From NCBI GenBank assembly GCA_015491245.1, contig WFWH01000027.1, positions 1 through 60,155 of the forward strand: 60,155 nucleotides of DNA. The letters run 5' to 3'. Under the pieces are notes generated by a model. It had not been told where the DNA came from. It did no database searches and saw nothing but the letters and a program-made list of their open reading frames with translations. This document shows, in pieces, positions 47,487-56,634 of this stretch. The stretch's first letter is position 1, and each line of letters starts with the position of its first letter. The position numbers were made by a program, and so were the translations under genes. The DNA is from Patescibacteria group bacterium. GTDB taxonomy: Bacteria; Patescibacteriota; Minisyncoccia; Phycocordibacterales; UBA12088.

Positions 47487-48113
47487 ATGGAAAAGAAATT
47501 GATGCTGGGAACAAAAGAATACATGACGCAGATATTTGACGCAGAGGGGCGTGTGCATCCGGTGACGGTGTTGCGCGTGGGACCGGTTACGGTAACCCAG
47601 GTGAAAACCCGTGAGAAGGATGGGTATGCGGCACTGCAAATTGGCTTTGGGGAAAGGAAAGAAAAACACACCCCCAAGCCGCAGCAGGGGCATTTCAAAA
47701 AGGCGGGAACGCCCTGCTTCCGCTATGTGCGCGAAGTGCGTACCGATGCTACGGAAGAGGTGGCACCCGGCAAGACGTTTACCGTAGGTGAGATGTTTCA
47801 AGAGGGTGAGCGCGTTGCGGTGTCGGGCCTCAGCAAGGGAAAGGGGTTCCAGGGGGTGGTGAAGCGCCATAACTTTGCGGGAGGGCCGCGCTCGCACGGG
47901 CAAAAGCACACGGAACGCTCTCCGGGCTCTATCGGCGGCGGGTTGCGCACGCGCGTGCCCAAGGGCATGCGCATGGCCGGCCGTATGGGGCATCGGCGGG
48001 TGACGGTGAAGAATTTGCGCGTGGTGTCGGTAGATGCGGAACGGCACCTTTTGTATGTGAAAGGTGCGGTGCCGGGAAGGCGCGGCACGCTCATTGAGGT
48101 GCGCGGGGCGTAG
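47487..48113 (+). CDS. rplC: 50S ribosomal protein L3
   Basis: LGTKEYMTQIFDAEGRVHPVTVL...GKGFQGVVKRHNFAGGPRSHGQKH. Confidence 0.95.
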   Translation: MEKKLMLGTKEYMTQIFDAEGRVHPVTVLRVGPVTVTQVKTREKDGYAALQIGFGERKEKHTPKPQQGHFKKAGTPCFRYVREVRTDATEEVAPGKTFTVGEMFQEGERVAVSGLSKGKGFQGVVKRHNFAGGPRSHGQKHTERSPGSIGGGLRTRVPKGMRMAGRMGHRRVTVKNLRVVSVDAERHLLYVKGAVPGRRGTLIEVRGA

Positions 48114-48122
48114 CAATGCAAT

Positions 48123-48830
48123 ATGGAACAGGTTACGGTGTACAACAAAGAGGGAAAAGAGGCGGGTACCTTTACCCCCGCGCCCGAGGTATTTGCGGCG
48201 CCGTGGCGCCCCGCATTGGTGCACCAAGTGGTGCGGGCCATGGAAGCCAATGCGCGCATTCCCTGGGCGCATACCAAAGACCGCAGTGAGGTTGCTGGCA
48301 CCAACCAAAAGCCGTGGCGGCAAAAGGGGACCGGCCGCGCGCGGCATGGGCAAACCATCAGCCCCATTTGGCGCGGCGGCGGCATTGCGCACGGCCCGCG
48401 CAACAGCCGCGTTTACACGCAGAAAATCAACAAGCGCATGCGCCGCCAAGCGATGTGCGCGGTGCTCGCACGCAAGTTTAAGGACGGGGAAGTGCTGTTC
48501 GTGGAGGGGCTCTCCTTTGCAGCGCCCAAAGCGGCGGAGGCGAAGCGTACACTTGCCGCCCTTGCGGGAGCGCGGGAGGAATATGCGGCACTTGCCACCA
48601 AGAGAAAGAACGCCGCGCTCATTGTCCTCCCCGCGCTTGACCGCACGGTGGCGCTCTCATTCCGCAACATACCCTCGGTCTTTGTAGAAGAGGCGCGCAA
48701 TCTCAACCCCGTGGCACTCTTACGCTACCGCTACGTGATTATCGTGAATCCGGAGAAGGCGGTACGCCAATTACAGGAGCGCGCCACGGCGTCCCGCGCA
48801 CGTCGCGCCGCTGCACCCGCGGGGCAATAG
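48123..48830 (+). CDS. rplD: 50S ribosomal protein L4
   Basis: KPWRQKGTGRARHGQTISPIWRGGGIAHGP. Confidence 0.95.
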   Translation: MEQVTVYNKEGKEAGTFTPAPEVFAAPWRPALVHQVVRAMEANARIPWAHTKDRSEVAGTNQKPWRQKGTGRARHGQTISPIWRGGGIAHGPRNSRVYTQKINKRMRRQAMCAVLARKFKDGEVLFVEGLSFAAPKAAEAKRTLAALAGAREEYAALATKRKNAALIVLPALDRTVALSFRNIPSVFVEEARNLNPVALLRYRYVIIVNPEKAVRQLQERATASRARRAAAPAGQ

Positions 48831-48857
48831 TTGGCTCTTTCACCTTACATCCTGCTT

Positions 48858-49250
48858 ATGGCACTGTTTGGCAAACAAAAGCATACCGCGAAGCAACCTG
48901 CATCTTCCCAACGTGCAGAGAAAGCCGCGGCGCGCGCAGCAGAGGGCGCAACGCCCTCTGCGGGTTTGAGCGCTGCGGAAATACTCTTGCGCCCCCGTAT
49001 CACGGAGAAAGCCACCTTGGGCATTGAGCAGCGCGTGTACGTATTTGAGGTGGATCCGCGCGCCAATAAAAAAGAGGTGGCGCGCGCGGTGAGGGAAATC
49101 TTTTCTGTGGAGCCGCGCAAGGTAAACATCGTGCGCATGCGCCCGCGCCGCTTTGTCTCGCGCCTGCGGGGCAGGCGGGGCATACGCGCCGGATATAAAA
49201 AAGCCTACGTGTACCTGGACAAGGGCGCGTCGCTGGACATCATGAAGTAA
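48858..49250 (+). CDS. rplW: 50S ribosomal protein L23 with an N-terminal extension
   Basis: LLRPRITEKATLG...YVFEVDPRANKKEVARAVREIFSVEPRKVNIV. The ATG at 48858 is preferred over the TTG at 48831. Confidence 0.9.
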   Translation: MALFGKQKHTAKQPASSQRAEKAAARAAEGATPSAGLSAAEILLRPRITEKATLGIEQRVYVFEVDPRANKKEVARAVREIFSVEPRKVNIVRMRPRRFVSRLRGRRGIRAGYKKAYVYLDKGASLDIMK

Positions 49251-49285
49251 TAAGCGCCCGTTAGATTTTTTCGTAACGCATTACC

Positions 49286-50134
49286 ATGAAAAAGTACCGA
49301 CCCACCACACCCTCGCGCCGGCACATGACCGGCATCAACTACCGTGAAAAGCTTTCCGGTGCGAAAAAGCCCCACAAAGCGCTGACGCGGGGCGGAAAGC
49401 AGGCGCACGGGCGCAACGCTCACGGCCGTATCACCACGCGCCACAAGGGCGGCGGGCACAAGCGCCGCTACCGCTTGGTGGATTTCAAAATGGATAAGCG
49501 CGATATTCCGGCAAAGGTGGAGAGCATTGAGTATGACCCGTATCGCTCCGCTTTTATCGCGCTGGTGTGCTATGCCGACGGGGAGCGCCGCTACATTTTG
49601 GCGGGGAGGGAAACTAAAGTGGGCGACACCTTTCTCGTGAGCGAGCAGGCGCCCGTCAAACCGGGCAACCGTTTGCCGCTTGCGCGCATGCCAGTGGGCA
49701 CGTTTGTCTACAATATTGAAACGCGCCCCGGCGCGGGCGGCGTGCTAGTGCGGAGCGCCGGCATGCACGCGGAGGTGGTGGCGCAGGATGCGGGCTACAC
49801 CCAGCTCAAGATGCCCTCTTCCGAAATGCGAAAAGTTTTCTCCGGCGCGTGGGCTACCGTGGGTGAGGTGTCCAACGAGGAGCATCGCCTCGTGACCATC
49901 GGCAAAGCGGGCCGCGCGCGCTGGCTCTCGCGGCGCCCCGTGGTGCGCGGTAGCGCGATGAATCCGGTAGACCACCCCTACGGCGGCGGTGAGGGACGCG
50001 CACCGCGCGGCACGCGCCGTGCCAAAACCAAGTGGGGCAAGCCCGCAGGCAAGGGGCAAAAAACGCGCCGACCCAAAAAATACTCCAACAAACTCATTGT
50101 TGCCCGCAGAAAGGTAGGCAAGAAACGCGGCTAA
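49286..50134 (+). CDS. rplB: 50S ribosomal protein L2
   Basis: GRNAHGRITTRHKGGGHKRRYRLVDF, and GSAMNPVDHPYGGGEGR. Confidence 0.96.
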   Translation: MKKYRPTTPSRRHMTGINYREKLSGAKKPHKALTRGGKQAHGRNAHGRITTRHKGGGHKRRYRLVDFKMDKRDIPAKVESIEYDPYRSAFIALVCYADGERRYILAGRETKVGDTFLVSEQAPVKPGNRLPLARMPVGTFVYNIETRPGAGGVLVRSAGMHAEVVAQDAGYTQLKMPSSEMRKVFSGAWATVGEVSNEEHRLVTIGKAGRARWLSRRPVVRGSAMNPVDHPYGGGEGRAPRGTRRAKTKWGKPAGKGQKTRRPKKYSNKLIVARRKVGKKRG

Positions 50135-50280
50135 ATGTGTCGCGTCATTGCCGCGCACTACGCGCGTTCTGGCTCAAGCATTCTCTGGAACACAGCGGGG
50201 CGTTCCCGTGCTCCCCGCGCGAGGGATTGCTGGGCGCTCTGAAGCGGGCTATCCTTTTTGCTAGAGGAAGGAATGGCTGG

Positions 50281-50407
50281 GGTGTCACAGCCTTTCCAGG
50301 GATGCCCAGCCGGAGCATCCTGGATAAAGCCTTCACCTCCCTCCTTGAGGGCACTTTGTGGCGCGAGGTGCCCGGTGCAAGGGAGGGAAAACCCCCGCTG
50401 TGACACC
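50281..50407 (+). ncRNA. Candidate structured RNA: three-way junction in the rplB 3' region; family unknown
   Basis: P1 is 11 bp (50281-50291 with 50397-50407). Hairpin A is 50296-50323 (9 bp plus a bulged G). Hairpin B is 50338-50388 (9 bp plus a bulged G, capped by the 6-bp gggcac/gtgccc). The local ORFs have junk composition. Confidence 0.35.
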
Positions 50408-50443
50408 GTGGGCCATGAACCGGGGGCAAGGGAAGGATCCGGC

Positions 50444-50470
50444 AGCGCCGCCCACGGTGTGGGCGGCGCT
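50444..50470 (+). terminator. Hairpin ending the rplB transcription unit
   Basis: agcgccgccc/gggcggcgct forms a 10-bp stem with a 7-nt loop, followed by CTTCATAAA. The U-tract is weak. Confidence 0.5.
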
Positions 50471-50498
50471 CTTCATAAAGGTAGTCCTCGGGTTATTG

Positions 50499-50527
50499 TT
50501 GACAACTTTCAATAAATGACGTATTAT
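50499..50527 (+). promoter_or_regulatory. Sigma70-type promoter (TTGACA, 17 nt, TATTAT) with no ORF behind it
   Basis: TTGACA at 50499-50504 and TATTAT at 50522-50527. The downstream ~270 nt are non-coding and hairpin-rich. Confidence 0.55.
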
Positions 50528-50802
50528 AAAATTGGATTTTCGGAAAGAGGCCGCGCGCGGCCGCCAGTTCTTTTGTGGCAATTAGTTAGTAGCTAGCACA
50601 CTTCTCATGGAGGAAGAAAGGATAGCGAGAAGTAATTCTGCCGGCGCACGCGCCGCAGGAACACCACCGCGCGCAAGGCTGCAGTAGGGGTTACTGCATA
50701 GCACTTGTGCGCGGAAGTGTCTCTGGGGTGTAAAGGTCAGTGGTGGCTTTGGCGCCACCACTGGGTGCCTCTTTGGTGTGCGCTGCGTGTGTTGGGCGCA
50801 AT

Positions 50803-50831
50803 TTGACATAAGGCACTTCTTTGCGTACACT
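50803..50831 (+). promoter_or_regulatory. Sigma70-type promoter (TTGACA, 17 nt, TACACT) re-starting the r-protein operon at rpsS
   Basis: TTGACA at 50803-50808 and TACACT at 50826-50831, about 30 nt before ATG 50863. Confidence 0.6.
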
Positions 50832-50862
50832 AGCCCTGCGCTTTTGTGGCGAATTTTTTATT

Positions 50863-51198
50863 ATGGCACGCAGTTTAAAAAAGGGCCCGTACGTTGACGA
50901 GCGCCTTTTGAAAAAAATCCAAGGGAAGAAGCCGCAGGAAACGGGGGTGATTAAAACGTGGGCGCGTGCCTCCATGATTTCCCCCGAAATGGTCGGATTT
51001 ACCTTTGGTGTCCACAACGGCAAACAGCACATTGAGGTCTTCGTCACAGAAGAGATGGTGGGGCACCGCTTGGGGGAATTCGCGCCTACCAAGAAATTTG
51101 TGCGCCACGGCGGCAAGATGCAAAAAGAGCTGGAGCAAAAGAAGCGCGAGGCAGAAATCGCCGCCGCCAAAGCGGCCAAAGCTGCTGCGGCGCGATAG
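50863..51198 (+). CDS. rpsS: 30S ribosomal protein S19 with an Ala/Lys-rich C-terminal tail
   Basis: [19 protein letters not shown]...[29 protein letters not shown]. Confidence 0.95.
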   Translation: MARSLKKGPYVDERLLKKIQGKKPQETGVIKTWARASMISPEMVGFTFGVHNGKQHIEVFVTEEMVGHRLGEFAPTKKFVRHGGKMQKELEQKKREAEIAAAKAAKAAAAR

Positions 51199-51243
51199 CC
51201 CGCATTACGGCGGGGATAGTGCCGCCACCATTCCGCATTGTGT

Positions 51244-51756
51244 ATGAAAGCGTACCTAAAAAACTATCGCCAAGCGCCGCGCAAAGTGTGGCTGGTCGCC
51301 GATGCGGTCCGTGGAAGGCGTGTGGATGAGGCACTGCTCACGCTGCGGTTTCTCCCCCGCAAAGCGGCCGCGCCACTTGCAAAGCTCATTGCGTCTGCGT
51401 TTGCCAATGCGCGGGAGCGCGACGCTTCGCTCTCACCGCAAGATATGTTTTTGGCGCGCATCACGGTAGATAAAGGCATGACGTACTTCCGCTGGCGCGC
51501 CCGCGCCCGCGGCCGCGCCTCGCGCATCGCGAAAGAATCGTCCCACATCGCCGTAGTGCTCGCCCCTGTGGCGGCAAAGGGAAATGTGCGGGCGCCGCGT
51601 GCTACATCGGCGCCCGAGGAGAAGCGTGATGCGCAGGGCGCCCGCCCGCATGGCGCACAAGGCGCCTCTCCCGCTTCCGGCACCGGTGCAGCGAAGGAAA
51701 AAGAGAAGCCCCGCGCGGCAGAAAAGGAAAAAAAGGAAGCCGCCACGGCGGCATAA
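51244..51756 (+). CDS. rplV: 50S ribosomal protein L22 with a long C-terminal extension
   Basis: MKAYLKNYRQAPRKVWLVADAVRGRRVDEALLTLRF...RWRARARGRASRIAKESSHI. Confidence 0.93.
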   Translation: MKAYLKNYRQAPRKVWLVADAVRGRRVDEALLTLRFLPRKAAAPLAKLIASAFANARERDASLSPQDMFLARITVDKGMTYFRWRARARGRASRIAKESSHIAVVLAPVAAKGNVRAPRATSAPEEKRDAQGARPHGAQGASPASGTGAAKEKEKPRAAEKEKKEAATAA

Positions 51757-51819
51757 AAAGGCACGCCTATTTTCACCACTGACATTTAATGCGATAACTA
51801 TCACCTTATCTGCAACACC

Positions 51820-52491
51820 ATGACTCACGTAGCCCATCCCTATGCACAGCGCCTCGGCATCATCCGCGACTGGAAATCGCGGTGGTACGGGAAGAGCAAA
51901 CAGCAGTACCGCGATTTTCTCCGCGCCGACACGCTGGTGCGCGAGTTTCTCAAGAAGCGCCTCAAGGGCATGTACCTTGCCGCGGTGGAAATAGAGCGGT
52001 CGGATGCGGTGATGCGCATCGTGTTGAAGACCTCGCGCCCCGGGATGGTAATCGGCCGTCAGGGCGAGGGTGCCCAGAATTTGAAAAAAGATATTGCGCG
52101 GGTGCTGCACAAAGCGGGCTTGGCACACCTGCAAGAGGTAAAAATAGATGTGGAAGAAGTGCGCAATCCGGAGAGCAACGCACGCGTGGTGGCAGAGATG
52201 TGCGCGGAGGCGCTGGAAAAGCGTATGCCGTTCCGGCGCGTGCTGAAGCAAACGATAGAGAAGGTAATGGCTAACCGTGATGTGCGCGGCGCGCGCATTG
52301 TCATGGCGGGACGCTTGGGTGGTGCGGAGATGAGCCGTAAGGAGCAGGTGAAAAAGGGCCGCGTGCCTCTGCAAACCCTGCGCGCCGATGTGGACTATGC
52401 GCATCACGAAGCATACATACCCTATGCGGGTTTGGTGGGCATCAAAGTGTGGATCTACAAGGGTGAGGTATTTGAAGGGGAAAAGAAGTAA
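51820..52491 (+). CDS. rpsC: 30S ribosomal protein S3
   Basis: HPYAQRLGIIRDWKSRWY, KH-like RPGMVIGRQGEG, and GRLGGAEMSR. Confidence 0.95.
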   Translation: MTHVAHPYAQRLGIIRDWKSRWYGKSKQQYRDFLRADTLVREFLKKRLKGMYLAAVEIERSDAVMRIVLKTSRPGMVIGRQGEGAQNLKKDIARVLHKAGLAHLQEVKIDVEEVRNPESNARVVAEMCAEALEKRMPFRRVLKQTIEKVMANRDVRGARIVMAGRLGGAEMSRKEQVKKGRVPLQTLRADVDYAHHEAYIPYAGLVGIKVWIYKGEVFEGEKK

Positions 52492-52545
52492 TGGTACCAT
52501 GCCGTCGCCTCTGCGCGTGCGCGGCGGCGCTAACGCACGATAACC

Positions 52546-52977
52546 ATGTTGTTTCCGAAAAAGGTAAAATTCAGAAAGTGGCAGCGCGGGAGGAAAAATC
52601 CGGCGAAATTGGCGCGCCGCGCTGAGAGCCGCGGCATCCACGTGGCATTTGGCTCGTTCGGCATGAAAGCGCAGACGCACGCGCGCATCCGCTCTAACCA
52701 GATTGAAGCCGTGCGCCGCGTGTTGGTGCGCACCATAGGGAAAAACGGCCGCGTGTGGGTGCGGGTGTTTCCCGACCGCCCGTGGACGAAGAAAGCGGAC
52801 GAGGTAGGCATGGGTAAGGGCAAGGGAAATCCGGAAGGGTTTGAATTTGAAGTGCTGCCCGGGCGCATTTTGTTTGAGATTGACGGCGTGCCGGAAGAGG
52901 TGGCGCGCACGGCGGTTATCAAAGGAGGCAAAAAATTGCCGCTCAAGGTGCGCTTTGTGGCGCGCGAGCACGCGTAA
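52546..52977 (+). CDS. rplP: 50S ribosomal protein L16
   Basis: MLFPKKVKFRKWQRGR...RMGKGKGNPEGF. Confidence 0.95.
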   Translation: MLFPKKVKFRKWQRGRKNPAKLARRAESRGIHVAFGSFGMKAQTHARIRSNQIEAVRRVLVRTIGKNGRVWVRVFPDRPWTKKADEVGMGKGKGNPEGFEFEVLPGRILFEIDGVPEEVARTAVIKGGKKLPLKVRFVAREHA

Positions 52978-53024
52978 ATTGCGCACCTTACGCTGCTGTG
53001 GTATAAGGGTGGAGCGCCGGGCTT

Positions 53025-53264
53025 ATGGACATGCAAGCATTGCGCAAGAAAAAAACGGAAGAGATACGCAAGTTGGTTGCGGAAAAGCGCGAGGCGCTGC
53101 GTAAGTTCCGCTTTAGCGCAGCAGGAGCGCAGGTACGCAATACCAAAGAGGGAAGGGCCCTGCGCAGGGACATCGCGCGCATGCTGACGCTGTTGCGTGA
53201 GCGCGCCACGGAAGCGCGTGCGGCGGAAGAAGGGGCAGCACCCGCTGCTTCCTCGCGCAACTAA
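53025..53264 (+). CDS. rpmC: 50S ribosomal protein L29
   Basis: [50 protein letters not shown]. Confidence 0.88.
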   Translation: MDMQALRKKKTEEIRKLVAEKREALRKFRFSAAGAQVRNTKEGRALRRDIARMLTLLRERATEARAAEEGAAPAASSRN

Positions 53265-53287
53265 CGTGCAATACGCACGTGTGGCAT

Positions 53288-53587
53288 ATGGCTTCAGAAA
53301 ATTCAGGGACAATAAAAAAAGGGCGCATCTTGCGCGGTACCGTGGTTTCCGCAAAGATGAAAGATACCGTTACCGTGGCGGTGGTGCGCTACGTGAAGCA
53401 TCCAAAGTACAAAAAGTACCTCAAGCGGGTGAAGCGCTACCTCGCGCACGACCCGGGCAACCGGCACCAAGAGGGCGACCGTGTGGCAATACAGGAATCG
53501 CGCCCGATTTCCAAGCGCAAGCACTTTGTGGTGGTGTCGGAAAGCAGCAGCGTAGGGAACGAGCATGAGGCGGCACACGCCGCGTAG
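53288..53587 (+). CDS. rpsQ: 30S ribosomal protein S17
   Basis: [41 protein letters not shown]...[18 protein letters not shown]. Confidence 0.92.
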   Translation: MASENSGTIKKGRILRGTVVSAKMKDTVTVAVVRYVKHPKYKKYLKRVKRYLAHDPGNRHQEGDRVAIQESRPISKRKHFVVVSESSSVGNEHEAAHAA

Positions 53588-53599
53588 AGGCAAACGCGT

Positions 53600-53971
53600 A
53601 TGATACAGCCGCAAACACTGGTGCGCATAACGGATAACACGGGAGGCAAAATAGGCCGCGTGTTCAAGGTGTTGGGCGGATCCAAGCGCCGCTACGCGCG
53701 CATTGGTGATCTGGTGGTGCTCTCGGTGCAGTCGGCGGAACCGCGCAAGCAGGTGAAAAAGAAAGATGTCCTGCATGCGGTGGTGGTGCGCCAGCGCCAG
53801 CCGTTTCGCCGCGCCGATGGCTCCTACATTCGCTTTGACGACAATGCGGTCGTGATTGTAGACAAGGCAAAGCGCGAGCCGCGCGCCACGCGCATCTTCG
53901 GGCCCATCCCGCGGGAGCTGAGCGAGCGCGGCTACCAGAAGATTACCTCGCTTGCGCCGGAGGTACTGTAG
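53600..53971 (+). CDS. rplN: 50S ribosomal protein L14
   Basis: [17 protein letters not shown]...[12 protein letters not shown]...[11 protein letters not shown]. Confidence 0.96.
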   Translation: MIQPQTLVRITDNTGGKIGRVFKVLGGSKRRYARIGDLVVLSVQSAEPRKQVKKKDVLHAVVVRQRQPFRRADGSYIRFDDNAVVIVDKAKREPRATRIFGPIPRELSERGYQKITSLAPEVL

Positions 53972-54004
53972 TGGCGCGTGGGAAAACCGGTGAGGCAAAG
54001 GCAT

Positions 54005-54316
54005 ATGAAGATAAAAAAAGGAGACACAGTGGTGGTGATAACCGGCAAAGATAAGGGGAAAAAGGGCACGGTACTGCGTGCGCTCCCACGGCGCTCCCTC
54101 GTGGTGGTGGAGGGGGTCAACCTCAAGAAAAAACACGTCAAACCCCAGGGGCGCAAGCACGGCGGCATTGTGGACGTTCAGCACCCCATCCACGTCTCCA
54201 ACGTGATGCTGGTGGACCCCAAAACGGGCGCTCCCACGAGGGTGGGCAAGAAGTTTGATGAGAAAAAAGGTGTGTGGGTGCGTGTGGCGAAAAAGAGCGG
54301 CAGCGTGCTCTCCTAA
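54005..54316 (+). CDS. rplX: 50S ribosomal protein L24
   Basis: [28 protein letters not shown] (KOW motif). Confidence 0.93.
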   Translation: MKIKKGDTVVVITGKDKGKKGTVLRALPRRSLVVVEGVNLKKKHVKPQGRKHGGIVDVQHPIHVSNVMLVDPKTGAPTRVGKKFDEKKGVWVRVAKKSGSVLS

Positions 54317-54365
54317 GTGAGGCGCACTTACCCACCGAAATACTTGTTTTGATTTTTAATCAATT

Positions 54366-54920
54366 ATGGAAACGGTAGCGGAAAAACAGCAAAAGGCATT
54401 TGAGGCGCTGCGGGAAGCGCTGGGGTACCGCAATCCCATGCAGGTGCCGCGTTTGGAGAAAATCGTGGTGTCTACGGGTGTGGGGAAGGTCAAGGAAAAA
54501 GACAAGATAGCTCTCATACAGGACCGCCTTGCGCGCCTCACCGGCCAAAAAGCCGCACCCCGTCCCGCAAAAAAGTCCATCGCCTCGTTCAAAACGCGCA
54601 AGGGCGATATTGTGGGGTACCAGGTGACCCTGCGCGGCGCACGCATGCGCGACTTCTTTGACAAGCTGGTGCACATCGCCCTGCCCCGAACACGCGATTT
54701 CCGCGGCATCAAACCCTCGGCCATTGACGCTATGGGCAACATTACCATCGGCGTACGCGAGCACACGGTATTCCCCGAGGTGTCCGATGAAGACCTGCGC
54801 AACATTTTCGGCCTTGCGGTTACGATAGTCACCACCGCCAAAACAAAAAAAGAAGCCGAAGCGTACCTGCGCTACCTCGGATTTCCTTTGCGGGACGCAG
54901 GAGAAGCAAAAAGGGAGTAA
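54366..54920 (+). CDS. rplE: 50S ribosomal protein L5
   Basis: NPMQVPRLEKIVVSTGVG...SFKTRKGDIVGYQVTLRGARMRDFFDKL...PRTRDFRG. Confidence 0.95.
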   Translation: METVAEKQQKAFEALREALGYRNPMQVPRLEKIVVSTGVGKVKEKDKIALIQDRLARLTGQKAAPRPAKKSIASFKTRKGDIVGYQVTLRGARMRDFFDKLVHIALPRTRDFRGIKPSAIDAMGNITIGVREHTVFPEVSDEDLRNIFGLAVTIVTTAKTKKEAEAYLRYLGFPLRDAGEAKRE

Positions 54921-55015
54921 TACGAGAAAGGGGTAATCCCGGGGTGCCTCATAACGTTCCGGCGTTTTTAGGTGATGTAATGGCGCACTGTTGTGCCTGA
55001 TGCAGTGTGCCGCTT

Positions 55016-55039
55016 CCCGCTTTTGAGCGGGGTTTCTCT
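55016..55039 (+). terminator. Weak hairpin after rplE
   Basis: cccgc/gcggg 5-bp stem followed by GTTTCTCT. Confidence 0.3.
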
Positions 55040-55066
55040 GTGTGCTACGGGGCCAGTACCGGTATA

Positions 55067-55095
55067 TTGACAATTTGTTTTGAATATCCTAAAGT
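55067..55095 (+). promoter_or_regulatory. Sigma70-type promoter (TTGACA, 17 nt, TAAAGT)
   Basis: TTGACA at 55067-55072 and TAAAGT at 55090-55095, just upstream of ATG 55112. Confidence 0.45.
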
Positions 55096-55111
55096 TCGCG
55101 CACTTGTCCGC

Positions 55112-56158
55112 ATGGTGCGGGCAGGTGAAAAGGGGAGCAGACCTTTGAAAAAAGATTACTTTCTTCTCACCACCGCGATCGCGGTGGTGGGGGTTGCGCT
55201 GCTGGGCGGCGGCAACACCGCGATGGCCCAGGAATGGGCCAAGCGCATGAAGGCGGCACCCGCCGCCGAGGACTATCTTTTCTGGGGCGGGGGAGACCCG
55301 AAGGTCTCTTCCTACTCTGGGAAGATCGTCCCGGTGCTGCTCGAGCTGCTCGCGCAGCAGCGGGTGAGCCTCTACCAGTGGGGCGGCCCCACCGAGGGAA
55401 CCCTCGACAACATCGAGAGAGTTCAAGCCAACCCCACCCACATGGCCGTGGGCCAGGGGGACGTACTCCGCAAGTACGGTGAGGGGATCACCGTACTGAA
55501 GGAGCGTGTGGCCGACGAGTGCCTGTACCTCGTCGGCCGTGAGGAGGCAACTCTCGGCGACGTCGTGGCGACCGCGATTTTCTCGCGGGTCGCCACGGGG
55601 GGAGAGAAGTCCGGCTCGTACCTGAGCTGGAAGATCCTCTCCGAGCTCATCCCCGAGCTCGGCGACGCCGAGGTTATCCCCGTCGGGGGCAGCGACAAGA
55701 TCGTTGCCGCGGTCGCGAACGGAGAGGCCGATTACGGCTTCTTCGTGATGCGGCCCGACCCGGAGAACCCTGTTTTCAAAGAGATCAGAGGGAAGAGTCT
55801 CGAACTCATCCCTGTGGTCTCTTTCGAGCTCGAAGGGGCTTACCAGTTCCTCGAGCTCAAAGTTTCCTACGGAGGAATTTTCTCCTCCGCCCAGTACCAC
55901 CCCACCGCATGCACGTCGGTGGTGTGGTTCACGGGGGATCCCGCCAAGATCGAGGGCCGCGCGCAGCGGCGCCTCGAGAAGATCGTCGAGATCGTCCGGC
56001 GCCTCCCGGACGAGGAGGTGCGCCAGCAGGTGGCGGAGCAATTCGCCAGCTGGCGTGATTACCTCGACTCCGTCCGGGCGGTAGCCGCCGATCGCCTCCG
56101 CGCGCTCAAGGAGAAAGCGAAGGAGGCGGCGGCACGCCTGCGTGAGGCGGCGCAATGA
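55112..56158 (+). CDS. Secreted periplasmic-binding-protein-fold protein (TAXI/PhnD-like) with a coiled-coil tail
   Basis: Signal/anchor LLTTAIAVVGVALLGGGNTAMA. GPTEGTLDNIERVQANPTHMAVGQGDVL, ATGGEKSGSYLS and AAVANGEADYGFFV resemble TAXI-type solute receptors. Tentative. Confidence 0.5.
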   Translation: MVRAGEKGSRPLKKDYFLLTTAIAVVGVALLGGGNTAMAQEWAKRMKAAPAAEDYLFWGGGDPKVSSYSGKIVPVLLELLAQQRVSLYQWGGPTEGTLDNIERVQANPTHMAVGQGDVLRKYGEGITVLKERVADECLYLVGREEATLGDVVATAIFSRVATGGEKSGSYLSWKILSELIPELGDAEVIPVGGSDKIVAAVANGEADYGFFVMRPDPENPVFKEIRGKSLELIPVVSFELEGAYQFLELKVSYGGIFSSAQYHPTACTSVVWFTGDPAKIEGRAQRRLEKIVEIVRRLPDEEVRQQVAEQFASWRDYLDSVRAVAADRLRALKEKAKEAAARLREAAQ

Positions 56159-56634
56159 GCGCTGCCACGACGGTGGGTGCCGCGGCGGCGGCAGTGGCGC
56201 GCGGCACCGTCACCTGTGTGAGGGTGGCAACGCGAACCATGCTCGCGGTACCCGCCGTGGCGTACCCCTTTGCGGGGTACCTGTGGTGGTATCGCGCGGG
56301 GTGGTTCGGTGTGTCGGTGAGCCATCCCTATTTCGGGGCGGTGACCGGCGGAGAGGTGTTCTACCTCCTCGCGTTCACCCTCGCCCTCGGAGACGTCTTT
56401 CGCGTCTCCAAGCCGGGTGTGGACAACACCTGGGAGGCCCTCGCTGTCCTGATGGTGGGGGTCGTGGGGGTGATCGTCGCCGCTTTGGCGGCGGCCGGAA
56501 CCACCCTGTTTCTTTTTGCAGGTGATTCCCACTGGTGGGGCATCACCTGGGTGGCATTCATCACAGGCATCCTCTCCCTGCTGGTGAATGCCCGTACTCT
56601 GAAAAGAACCATCGATATGGGGGCAGGCGGCTAG
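56155..56634 (+). CDS. Small four-helix membrane protein, coupled to the binding protein
   Basis: ATGA overlap with the upstream stop. Four hydrophobic helices. No family recognised. Confidence 0.5.
   Translation: MSAATTVGAAAAAVARGTVTCVRVATRTMLAVPAVAYPFAGYLWWYRAGWFGVSVSHPYFGAVTGGEVFYLLAFTLALGDVFRVSKPGVDNTWEALAVLMVGVVGVIVAALAAAGTTLFLFAGDSHWWGITWVAFITGILSLLVNARTLKRTIDMGAGG

Noticed and set aside
50135-50470. Identity of the rplB-downstream RNA as RNase P, SRP, tmRNA, 6S, or a TPP or cobalamin riboswitch
   Set aside because: I could not find the diagnostic motifs. These include GAGGAAAGUCC/ACAGAA for RNase P, the GGAA-capped SRP domain IV, a tRNA-like 3' end, CUGAGA for TPP, and the B12 box. 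The gaggaaggaatgg and ctggataaagcc resemblances are superficial.
50145-50515. ORFs predicted in the rplB-rpsS spacer (50145..50429-, 50158..50406-, 50258..50515+, tail of 50032..50403+)
   Set aside because: All lack an SD, have Pro/Gly/Arg/Ser-rich composition and mutually overlap on both strands. The region is better explained by nested RNA stems.
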